A stretch of DNA of 64,000 nucleotides from Phoronis australis (lineage: Eukaryota > Animalia > Phoronida), in contig NMRA01000010.1 in NCBI GenBank assembly GCA_002633005.1, positions 2,014,924 to 2,078,923 of the forward strand, written 5' to 3'. The translations under genes and the position numbers were made by a program. Shown piece by piece: positions 39,201 to 51,200 of this stretch (position 1 is its first letter; each line of letters begins with the position of its first letter). The notes under the pieces were generated by a model that searched no databases, had not been told where the DNA came from, and was given only the letters and a program-made list of their open reading frames with translations.

Positions 39201-42200
39201 CATCTCGTATTAAGAACAGGGCTTTCAGATATGCTGCAAGTGTAATTTTTGTGATGGCCGCGTTGTATTTTGCTGGCTTTTGGTGTTGAGTAAGTTTTTC
39301 CTTAGTTATTGCTTTGAATCACATTAAAACATTTCTTTATAATTATTTATTCTGTATTTAAAAACCTGTGTGAAGTTAAAACTTCCTCTGATTCAGTTTC
39401 AAACTCATTCTGCGCTAACCCAAATCTCTGTGATAATCTTTTTATTAAAGACAATTTGGTAGATTTCTTACCAGGTTTTTATTACAAAAGTCACTTAAAT
39501 ATCTCTTCAACCATAACTCACCCATCTAAACACAAACACTCATAGCTCTAGATCACTTACAAAGGGCTTTCCTTATAGTGTTAACCTCCGCAACAGTTTG
39601 TTATAGATTTAATGTTTTACACAGTGGATTTGATCGATGCAAGTTACTGAGTAATCATTTGACTCCTCACCGCATTATGTAACTACCACTACCGCGACAA
39701 CTTTATTTTTGCAATAACATCGAATAACGTAAAATGAGAATGTCTGAATGTATACGAAGAGTTGGTTATGAAGTTTTCAGAACCAAGTTCTGCATCACCA
39801 GCATTCAGATTTTATGAGAGTACCGAGACATACTATAGGAATCCATCACTGATGAACGTGAATTTGTTTATCATTATATGACCTAATTACTGTTATATAG
39901 GTCATTTGTGTTAGATGTCATTAAATGCAACTTTCCCCATGTGTGAACCCAACATGTGAGTGTGTTTACAAAATCATTTTTTACACTTAATTCTGTCCAT
40001 TATGCGATTTCGTTACCATTATGTCAAATTATAAGCTGGAGTTTCATTGTGAAAAAATTTGAGACACTATACTCATTTTCAGGGTTCATCGGCATGTTGA
40101 TCAGGGCAAATGTGTTTCAAACTTGTCAGAAGTTCTTTATGTTTGGTCTGCCTGTCATCTTTTACGCCGTTTCGCTCCAGCCTTGTTGAATTTTATCGAC
40201 ACGTGACTGTCTCTTCTCTGTATTACAGTCGTTTCGGTGGCTCCATCTCCCGTCAGTCAGACATTGGTGACCTTCGACCTGTAACGACCATATCGCAGTT
40301 TGCTGATGATGTGAGCCTACAGGTAGATGAAACGTTGGACATCCCTGAAGACAGACTATTGGTGATTGAGGCAGATGATGAACATCTCCAGACCAAGCTG
40401 GTCACTGCGGTAGTAAAAGGTATTGGCTGTGATAAGTCTCTGTAATGAGTGTTGTCCTGCCCAACACAGACACATCACTGGGCACATGGGGAGCCCAGTG
40501 TGTCCTGAGTGTGGAAGTTGAAACCCCTAAACATGTGGAAGAGTCTTGCCCAGCCTTTTATAGGCTGATGAGTGAGCTCATGGATGACACTGCATGCAGT
40601 GCACGGTAACAACGGGAAAAGTCTGTCCTTTTTCTTAAAAAAAACACAGGCGGACCTGAAAATGACTTTCACAAAGAATCTGTTGATCAATAACTGTGGA
40701 TTATCAATGTTTGTTGATGGCTTGGTAGATATTGATGAAAGTTGACTCTATGCTAGGAACCAGTCCGAGATACTGGTTCCTCGCTTTACAATGTGTAGTG
40801 TACGTGCGCTGTCACCAGTTAGTTGTCTAGCACTTAAATCAAGTGGCTTATCACTGCAGGTCTAACAGTTCTGGTCAAGTACATTGAGCGCAGACCGCTC
40901 GACTCGCTGTTCCAATCCTTGCTGACAAAACAGTTTTGCGTGGACGACTTGGGCAACAAGATCATACGAGTCGGACATCGGCAGCTCAACTACCACGCTG
41001 ACTTCCGGTTGTTCATGTCCACGTCTTGTCCTCTGTTCTTACAAGGTGAGTTCAACACCACCCTTAGAATGATAGACTGATACGATAGATTTATTTATTG
41101 GACAATTCTCACCTAAAATTATAGAGTACAGTACGATAAATGTAACACTGGACATGAAATAAGTTGATGACAACACGGAAAAGTCAAGCCACCTATTTAC
41201 ATTATGATCCTCATGTGAAGCTCAACAATAAAAAGGCATAAATTAGACAATTATCACGCAATGTAAATATAGGATGAATTAAATCTACGCAAAAATATAT
41301 CGAATAAAAATTAGTAATTAAAAAGTAATTTTACAATATTGAAAGTGAGTCAAAAAATAAATGTAATCATTTTATCTTGACCTAGATAAGAGTTGGTGCC
41401 GTGTCACCATTGCATACCCTAAACCCACTAATCTAGATGTCAGTGACTTCCCCATCCAGCTCAGTCTCTAAAACAAAATAATGCTGTGTAACCCTCATCG
41501 ACTCTCAAAAGTTTGGCGCAAATTTTGAAAACCCCTCGCAAAGTCCGCTTAATGGGTAACTTTGACCTGCGCTTCAGGTGAGTTACATTGTGAGCAAAGA
41601 TCACACGCTAAGTGCCATAACATCCATTATGTGAAACAGTGACTGTACTTCGGGAGCAAGTTTTCGGTTATACAGAATTTGTTAAATGCACAACACTTTT
41701 CATTGTTCACAGTCTTTGTTCCGTTACGTTCGTACCTAGGTCAGTTACTGTATCTATGTGCAGTTGAGAGTAGAGTTTTGTTGCGAAAGTACGAACGTAA
41801 TGGAACAAAGACTGTGAACAATGAAAAGTGTTGTGCATTTAACAAATTATGTGAAACAGTGAGGAAGTGTTTTTAATTGGAAGGTACTTTTATCACTTAA
41901 ATGTGATACCAGTGGTCCATCAGCAGGGACAGAACGGGGATTTGTTGAAATAACTAACACAGGGTTTAGTATCCTTTTAATGTGCTGAAAGTACTTAACC
42001 ACCAACTGATGAATTAATTTTATGCTGATGAGTTAACTGACTACCCTTTGATATCTAGAGTCACAGTGCTTTAAATATTTTTTAAAATTGTAGGTTTTAG
42101 CCCATGAGCATTTGTGCAAAAAATTTGTGGAGGCTTGTAGTCAAGTGACCTGTGTTTTTTTTAAATCATGATATTTTGAGGAGATTGCAACTTCTAGACA

Positions 42201-45200
42201 TGAAAATTTTTGCCGAAACTTGCCAAGAACATTGTTTTTGAATTTCTGCAATTTATAGTTGAGATCTCGCACTGATAAGGCCTTAAAATAAAATTTGTGA
42301 GAGCCCTAATTGGGCCATTTTGTGGGCAATCTTAAAAGTCGACCTATTTTGTGACAAAGTGGTAGTGTTCAGGCAATGCTGTTACAACTGATGTCTTTGT
42401 TTCTTTGTCTCCAGCGTGGTAAACGTTAACCCATTAATTTGTGGTTTGTGCTATTCAAATTACTATTCAAATTACAGCTTGTTTGGAATAGTCCAAGTTA
42501 AGGGTTGGCAGGTATCTTGAAGCACCCAACATGTTAATTAGATTTTGTATATCCAGGTGATGGCCTGACTCAGCTGCCCGTGTACAACATGTCCGTCATC
42601 GATCTGGCTGTTGGTCACCACGCTGTGGTCAACGATATACTCAACACAGTCATGGCTCTAGAGAAGACCGAGTTTGAAGGTCAACGAAGGTCGATCGAGG
42701 CAGACCTGCTTCAGCACAAACAGGACTTGATTAAGCACCAGGTAAGTTTTTGGAAGTTATTGCCATTACAATCATCTCCTGTTTAGTTTCAACTCTTGAT
42801 GGAGAGAAGTTTCCAAATGCAATTTCCAGTCTGGCCTATTTCTAAATATTCTCCCAGCAATCTTTTGCCGTGCATTGCACACACTGCTACACTGCAATGG
42901 CCAGTTATCTACCTCACTTTAAGTTGAAGTCATTGCCAATCTCTAAATTGCTGTGCTTCCTACATAAGGAGCTTAGATCAGCAGTGATAATTGATTGGCT
43001 TGGCACCGGCAGTTCTATAGTCAAAGTATAAGGTACTCTAGAATGGGTCATATTGCTTATAGCTATTCAACTGAGGTTGTCACAGAGATGAGAAGCCTTA
43101 TCTGTTGAAAGTACTTGAAGCTGTCTCTCAGTTTGCATCTTCTGCATGGTGTCCTTGATGATTTTTCACTCATCAGATTCATTGTTTCTGAGCCACTGTT
43201 AGTTTTATGTCACCCCATAACAAGTAGTTTCCATTTGTTGTTTTACGTGCAGCCTCAAGGCAAGTCTGTTCAGATTAAAGCTTGTAAGTGAGAAGAAGAT
43301 TACCAAAACATGTCACTGTCCAAAAAAATTTTGTGTAGTTTTTGTTATCTTTAACTCACATTATTCCATTATTACGTCTGCCACAGAATGGTGTCATGAC
43401 CAAGACTGTCGAACTCGATGGTCCCATTCTCCGCGACAGTAGCATGATGGATCTACTCAGCGACTGCTTAACGGAGACCGAGGCAACTCGGTCAATTGTG
43501 GAAGAGTCCTACCGTATGTTGGAGCAGATCGAGGAAAAGCGGACGCCGTACGTGCCAGTGGCTATTCACATTGCCATGTTGTATGATGTCATCTGTGAGA
43601 TCAGCCTGTCGAACCCATTGTATCACGTGTCTTTCAAGAAGTTCATGGAGCTCACGGTGGCCAGCCTGAAGAGGTTGGAACGTGGCAAAGGGGCCACAGG
43701 TAATTAGACCAGAACGTTGTGAGCTACAAGTGCGTGGAGTGCATTAAATGTATCGAATTAACGTCACCTGGGAGTGTAAGGCCAAATTTATGACTTAAGT
43801 GTTAAGTCATGTTTTCATGAAACACATTTTATATTATATGTTGTGGCATGTTTAGATGATTAACGTACGTGTTTGTAGCAGTGGTTTTTATATCGAGATT
43901 CGTGATATGCAAAAGTATTTGAATGAGGGTGAAGCAATATTTTTATGAATGAATTTTTTGCTGGCAGTTCAAGATGTATTTTACAGCAGCTACAGGCTTG
44001 GGGTGCATTTCTGCTATTTTCAGTATTTTTGTCAGAGTTTGAGCTAAATCAGTTCTATTTCTAAGTTAAAGTTTGTTTTCATTTCTGACATTTTTTCATG
44101 ACTTTGTTGAGTAATATCTGTGTAGGACACCAGACGTTGTGGCTGATGCACGTTCAGATGCTTCGTGCTCCTTGCGTGGGGTTCTTATCATTTTTAGTTA
44201 GAAAGTATTCAGAAATTCATCATAAAATTGACAAAAATACAGTGTTTATAGCAGTTGCAGTTTTGCTTTTGAGCTCGACATATTTTGATTGTTTTGAGAA
44301 CAAATTTGAAAATTTACTCATATTTGGCAGCAGAGAACCTCATCTGGTGTAGTACAATAGGTGACCAAAAGGAGGCATGCATTGGTAATGTGTATTGCTT
44401 TCCTAATCCCAAAATATATTGAGGCAAGTTGGAGACTTTTTGTGCTTTAAGTGTTCTGTTCAGGTGCAAAATTTCAGGGTATATTTAGAAATATTGTCAA
44501 TATTTTTATTTCACTTTTTTGTTGAGTTTAGTAAACACATAGTTTTGACATGTGAAAATATTGCACACGGAGCTGAACCTTAAGTGATGTGAAATATGCA
44601 ATCACGTTTTTATGATTGTAGTGCATTGTGTGCATAGGAGGGAGTTTTGGCGACAAAGAAGGCATCTGTATTCAATGCTCGTTGAATACGGAAAGTCGGT
44701 GTTCAACACGCGTTGAATATGGAAAAGTAGTTCTTCTGTATCAAACCTCAAAATACAACCCATATTTCATGGCCATATTATCACTCGTTTAGGATAAAAC
44801 AACATACATTCTCAGAAACAAATAGTAAATCAGTAGTAGCAATTTGTGTCAATTAGCTATGTGTATGAAATTCCCTATTTCCAGGTGGAATAACAAGATG
44901 TAAGTTGCTATCTTAGAAAACTGCCGGGCTTCAACTATTATGCATTTCATAATCAATGATGTATACTGTAAAACTACACTGATTGGTTTATATTTTTTTA
45001 AGTTCTGTACCACGTTTTGATAAACACTGTGCATCCATAACTGTAGAAGTTTGAAAAATGAAAACAAAAATTTGGCAATTGAACGAGTTTTTTCCTTGAT
45101 AGTCGTATTGCTTTATTTGTCATTGTAATGAAAAAATTTATAGCCTCACATTCACAACTTTGGTGCATGGCTTAGTAGTAGTTTACTTGCATGTTTTTGC

Positions 45201-48200
45201 TGTAACAGGGTCGCCTAAAGCCCGAGCAGAGGAGTACATTCAGTCAACCACACGTGACATCCGTCGTTTCTTCACCATGTCGTTATTCGAGTCGGACATC
45301 CTGTTGTTTGACCTGGTCATCGCCATGGAACGCATGATGATGACGGAGCAGATGAGCAGTGACGAGTTGACGGTGTTCATCAACGGTATTGATCAGACCG
45401 TGCCTGTGTCTTATGCTGATAAACCACAATGGATGGACGAGCAGGTAGGCTGTGTTGAAGTGGTTCACCAAAACTCATGGTGTCTCTCATTCTGTTTTGG
45501 TGAAAATATGTTGGGTGGTGTGGGTCAGTTCATAGTTAATATAAAGAGCATTTAAAGCCAAGTTTTAATACAAGAAAGTCAAGTTTGTCCTACTTTCATT
45601 TTTTTAATGACCGACTATATTGCTACAAATAATTGGCGTTGTTTGTTTTGGTTTTACAATTGATACAAAATGAACCAGATTTTCTAAATGTTTATTTTTG
45701 TCAAGAGATTTAATGGAATTAATAGCCTTTGTCATTATAATGAACTTGATGTTTTGTTACTGATGGCCTATTGACAAAAAAACACATTTTATCGTATGCT
45801 TTACCCTATAGTAAAAAGACAACACACTCTAAGGTAATATGAGAGTGGTTAAATGAGAAAGTAATAAAATGAAATGCAAAAAATGGTGAAAATCGGAGAG
45901 CTTAGTAAGTTATACAGTATAAATTTATTGACTTCTTTGTTTCAGTCTTGGTCTGGTGCTGTTTCTCTTGAGCACATGCTGCCTGTGTTCAGTGGTTTGC
46001 CAAGATGTCTGTCAGAGTTCTCTTCACAGTGGCAGGAATACTTCATGGTAGGTTGTTAGGCTGAAAAGCATTTATGAAAATACTAGTGAAACGAAATATC
46101 CATCTATGGTAAAATCTCATCATTTTTAGACTGACAGAATTATTTCTACCCGCGTTTATGAAAAAAGTGAGAAAAAGAACATCAGTTGTGAAACTTGACA
46201 GGCGTATAACTGTCTTTTGTATAATTTTGACATGTGAAATATACTGTTTGGATTCTGTTCATCTTGTTTTCCTCTGTTACAGCTTCCTGTTATGCTAATG
46301 AACTCCCTGCCAGGCAACATCCTGTCAGCGATGTCACTCTTTCAGAAGTGCATCATCTGGAGGTTCTGTTGCGCACACAGGGTGAGTGGAAATTCTAGAG
46401 ATTCCCCCCATTTCAAGGCACCTTGTACTTCGTTAATAGATTCATACAAGATCCCCTGCTGTCAAGAAGCCCATATATGTCAGGGGTGCTTTGTGCTTCA
46501 TCCGAAGAAATATACAAGAGCCGCTGTCATCAAGAAGTCAGCCTGACATTACCTTTCTGTGGCTGTTTTGAATCAATTATGACTTTACTTGAGCACTTGG
46601 GTTTATTATACGGATAGTGAAGTGTTGGCACACTTTGTTCCTTCAAATGTCCTGAACTGAATGATTGCAAGATTCTGAAATGTAGGGCACTAATGTTGTG
46701 ATGTGGTTGGTTTCCTCTAGTAATTTCTTTGCTTTTGCTCACAGTAAGGCTCTGCCCTCCATTATATAACCAGTATTTGTGTTCTTTGGGAGAGATGCAA
46801 TCTTGATTACAGCGACTTGAGAGTCTAGCCTCCCATTTAATCTTTAAACTTTTAGCTATGCCTGTGCCTATTTCACAGATCTCTGAAGCATGTGACAATC
46901 TCATTCTGAGTACACTGGGGCCACAATCACCGCGATTTGGCTTGTCGTACGTGGAGAAAGTCTATCAACACATGAATCAGGCCACACCTGCCATACTCAT
47001 TGAACCCAGCCAACCTGGCAGGGGGCAGCATTTACCAACTGATGGTTTGTATTCATGGCTGCATGATTATTCTTTTGCTGGCTTCAACACCTCTTTTGAT
47101 ATTATGTGGTATTCCTGGAATTCAAATAGCACTGTGACTCTAGAGGGCAGTAATGTTCCTGATAGACTTGTTCAGAGTAGGTCCCGTGATGAACTAAAGA
47201 CAGCATGTGAATGAAGCTCCATTTTCAGAGACAAAAGGAGAGTCAAATTGGAATAAGTGGTCATTTATTGTGGAGAGTTCATTTGCATGACTTATAAATG
47301 GCACAACTAAAACGAATAATGAAATTGAGAATAAAAAATGACTTAATAAATGCTTGACCTTTTCACAGGTATCACATACGATGACCCTGCCCACCTCATT
47401 AAGACCTTCTCAAAGTCGGTCTTTGTTAACAACTCTAACCCAGTTGTCACTATCGTATCCTTCGGCGTACCCAGTCAGACAGCCATCATTCAACAGCAGC
47501 TGGTCGAGGCCATGACCTTGGGTCAGTGGCTGGTTGTGCAGAACTGCCATCTGGCGGAGCCCTGGGAGCAAGACATGCTCCGCCTGATTAAGGTACATAG
47601 TGGTATTATTTTCTGAAACTTAACTTTGACATTGCTTAACAATTCAAAAAAGCATCGCAGCATACAATTTTTGTGAAACGTAGTCCCCAGGATATGGGTG
47701 TTTTGCCACCAGCCTTCCTTGTTCCTGTCTTGCACAAATAAGTAAGCATTATTGATTTCTTTCAGATGATGGTCAACACCACTGTCAAAACAGCGCCACC
47801 TGTTGACACTGAGGCTCACACCGTAATCACAGGTAGCAGGGAGGCTACAGAATACAGAACAATGACGATGTTGGAGAGCTCTGATGAAATCAGGCCCTCC
47901 TTCAGGCTGTGGTGTATCACAAGGGCCAATGTTGGCCGAGTACTGCCAGGTAAATGGGGTTGTAGTGTGCGCTATCTTGTTGGTTATGCAGGTGCTCAGT
48001 GTCCTACCACCAATAGGGGTATGTGTCACCAAAAAAGTCATATCTCGACAACCTTTTAGCTTATGTCGTAATGTACATAACATGCGTTTAGTGTCTTACT
48101 TGTTAAGTTGGATTTTTTTTCTGAAATTAAAGTTTCATCTAAACCTGTTTTAAGTCTCGGTTGCCAGCAGTGTAAATCGGATGATTACAAACAATGCCCA

Positions 48201-51200
48201 AATGCTCAGGGGTTCCGCACCATCCTAAGTTCCCATCAGTTTGTCACTCATCTGTCATCCAACCAATATAACACTCTGATTGGATCTCTGCGTAAGGGAT
48301 CATCTGTTATTTGATAATGTACAATGTGAATCGTATGTTGGATTATGATGTCTGGATTGAGAACATTATGGTTACAAATTAATGTAGTGTGAAAAGGTGA
48401 AGTTTAGCACTTGGTCTGAGGAAGAATCACGTGTCCACAGCTGTCATGACGATTGGATCTTTAGAACATCACCCAATAAATGATCAAATGTATAAACAAC
48501 AATGATTTTAATGAAACAACATCTGCCAAGGTTTAAATACAATGATGCTAAGTTAACATGTGTATGTATGAATATCTGCATTCAAACTGAATGACTTTTG
48601 TGCAATTGATTAAACTTTTAGTCTGCCAGAAATTTCAATTTAATTTCCTCATTATATGCACACACAGGTGTATTAATTCAACACGGAGTCAAAGTGGCAT
48701 GTGATCAGACGATGAACTTCAAGGTAAATCTGCTCAACACTCACAGAGGAATCACATCGGCTCTGGACAAGTGGAAAATGACTAACATGAATAGCAATTT
48801 GGTAAGACAGTGAAATGAAATGTTTTGTCAAAAGGGATCTGTCCATGTTTTACTGTGTCTGTTAACCTGTTCTGGATTTAACAGAATTCGGTAAATTGTG
48901 AAAAAGGTTTTTTTTCTGATAGATGTACGTATGACTATACATCTTTGAACGGTTTTTATTCTAGTTTCACATAAATTATCTTTCTCATGTCTTCTCATTT
49001 TTCATGTCTCGCCTCTTTGCAAATTGCAGTTTTTGGTCTTTTCATCTGCCATCAATTGACCATGAGAACGTTTAGTGTTTGTACATCCTATACGTAAAGG
49101 AATATTCAAAATACAAGTTGTTTTTACTCAGTCTGTCTGGCAAAGCAATCCTTTTAAGCCCTTTAAAAGGGTAAATTGTAAATTAAAACAAAATTTTTGT
49201 TTTTTTGTGAAACGAGAAAAACTGCCGACTTTCATGTTTAAAGTGCCTTTTTCAGTGGTGATAAAAATTAAGGTGGTGATTCCAATATTGGTAAGCGATA
49301 AGATATTCTATGAGATACGAAGCAAGGCATCCTTTTGTCCACTTCTCTCGACATTATGGTGTGAACTTGTTTCTGCTCGGCAGGCTCACCTGAGCCTTGT
49401 AAAACCTCTTGCTGGTTTCGCGGTTATATATGATTACGCTTAGCCCTTTTTGCCCTGCTCAGTTGGGAGACTCACATTTACCAATTGCTCAGTTGACTTT
49501 TTTGTCTTCTCTTCCATTTGCCAGCGTGACCTTCAAAGAGGTTACGTCTTGCCCCTGTCTCTGCTGCATGCTGTCCTCAACCACCACCAACTCGTGTCCA
49601 AGAAAAGGCTGGTGCAACAGTGGAATGAGCAGGACGTCTCGACTACTGTAAATCTTCTCCGCATCATCAGCGAGACTTGCAGTAGTCACTCCGGACTGGT
49701 GGAGTCGGTTGCGCAGGTGTACACTAGTCATTGCATCGAGCCACCGTGTGGCGCTGTTGTAGAAGCAATAACTAGTGACCTACTACTGGATAAGGCTCAG
49801 ATTGATAGTGTGAGTTTGAAAAGATGGAGTTTTCGTTTTCATCAAGCTCTTGTTGTTTTATTAATTATCGTAATTCTAGTATTTGTCCATCTATACTCAG
49901 ATTTCTCATTTAATAGCAGGTCAGAGTTTCTTAAAAAATTTGAAGTGTTCTTTGGGACTTATAAAAACCACACAATCCATGGTTTGGATAGCTGTACTGG
50001 TGAACAAGATGACTTTATCGGTTAATTTCTACAGAGCTCTAAATACCTATCTCAAGAGACATTGAGAGTGAATTGTTAAATATATTCTACAATTTTTATT
50101 AAATAAGTAACAATCAACAGACAGATTAATCATACATTTTATATTATATCCAAGAATGCTTGTGTCATTGTTTAACAGAAATCTCCCTTTGTATAGCACT
50201 AATTTGTTTTGCCTATTTCATAGAAAACACTATGGGCATCAAAATAAAACATATAAAAGCAAAAATAATGATGTTTCTTTTTGTTTAGAAGCCAAAACAT
50301 TAAATTTGAGAAACTCAAGATCCATCATTTCTAATGTTGAAATAAGAAAATCATTAAACTGTAAAATGCTTGTTAAGTAAAGCCGTTAAAGCATGAAACT
50401 GACTCCACACAATGATCCTAATCTGATTTCAAAAGGATTTCAATCTTTGATTTAATTAGATGTGGCTTTCAGTAACCCAAAGGCATGTAAACTTTACATA
50501 TTTGCCAGAGGCGCATTTCTTTTCCCAACTGTATTGGAAACATTAACTTAGTGACCCCTACATTTTTACAGATTTACAGTGGGCAAAAATAAAAATTTAT
50601 TTTTTGAAAATTATTGTACTTATGTAGTGAGTGTACTATTATTTTATTTCAGTTGGGTGAGAGCGAGCATGGTTTGCGCCTCCTCTTGAAGCAGCTGTTA
50701 CCTAGGAAACGATTGGATAAAACCTTGGAGAGAGCACTGAGTGAGCTGATCGAGGTCAGCGCTGCGACCTTTGAACTTTCACCCGATATTGACAGGGACG
50801 TTCAGAGAACAAGGAGCAGGTTTGTAGCTGAAGAGACAGAGAGGCGCATGCTTACTATTTTTCATAACTAAGTTTTTAAACACATTACGAAACTGTAATA
50901 AAAATACTTCAATTCAAACTAAATTTGTATTGCCTTTTGGATTTTCTTGGAACTGATGTTTTATACCACATATTGTCACTCACTTCTTTTTGTTCTTAAT
51001 TAATGTTCATACAACCATTCTTTGACACTTCAAACATGCTTTGTTGTTAGACCTGAAAACTGATATTACGTTGCACACAGAGTTCACTCACCTGTTATAC
51101 CCAGTTTTATTTGGCCCCTTTTGGTCTTCCATTAGATACTCGGTCCCTTTTACTGCACCTTGAACTTCGTCAATCATAAGATTTATACAAGTCCTGCTAT

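Noticed and set aside
42005-42040. CTGATGA cores suggesting a hammerhead ribozyme near the palindromic element
   Set aside because: No downstream GAAA core or pairing stems could be found.
47523-48083. 186-aa minus-strand ORF
   Set aside because: Antisense to two dynein exons, with no recognisable domain.
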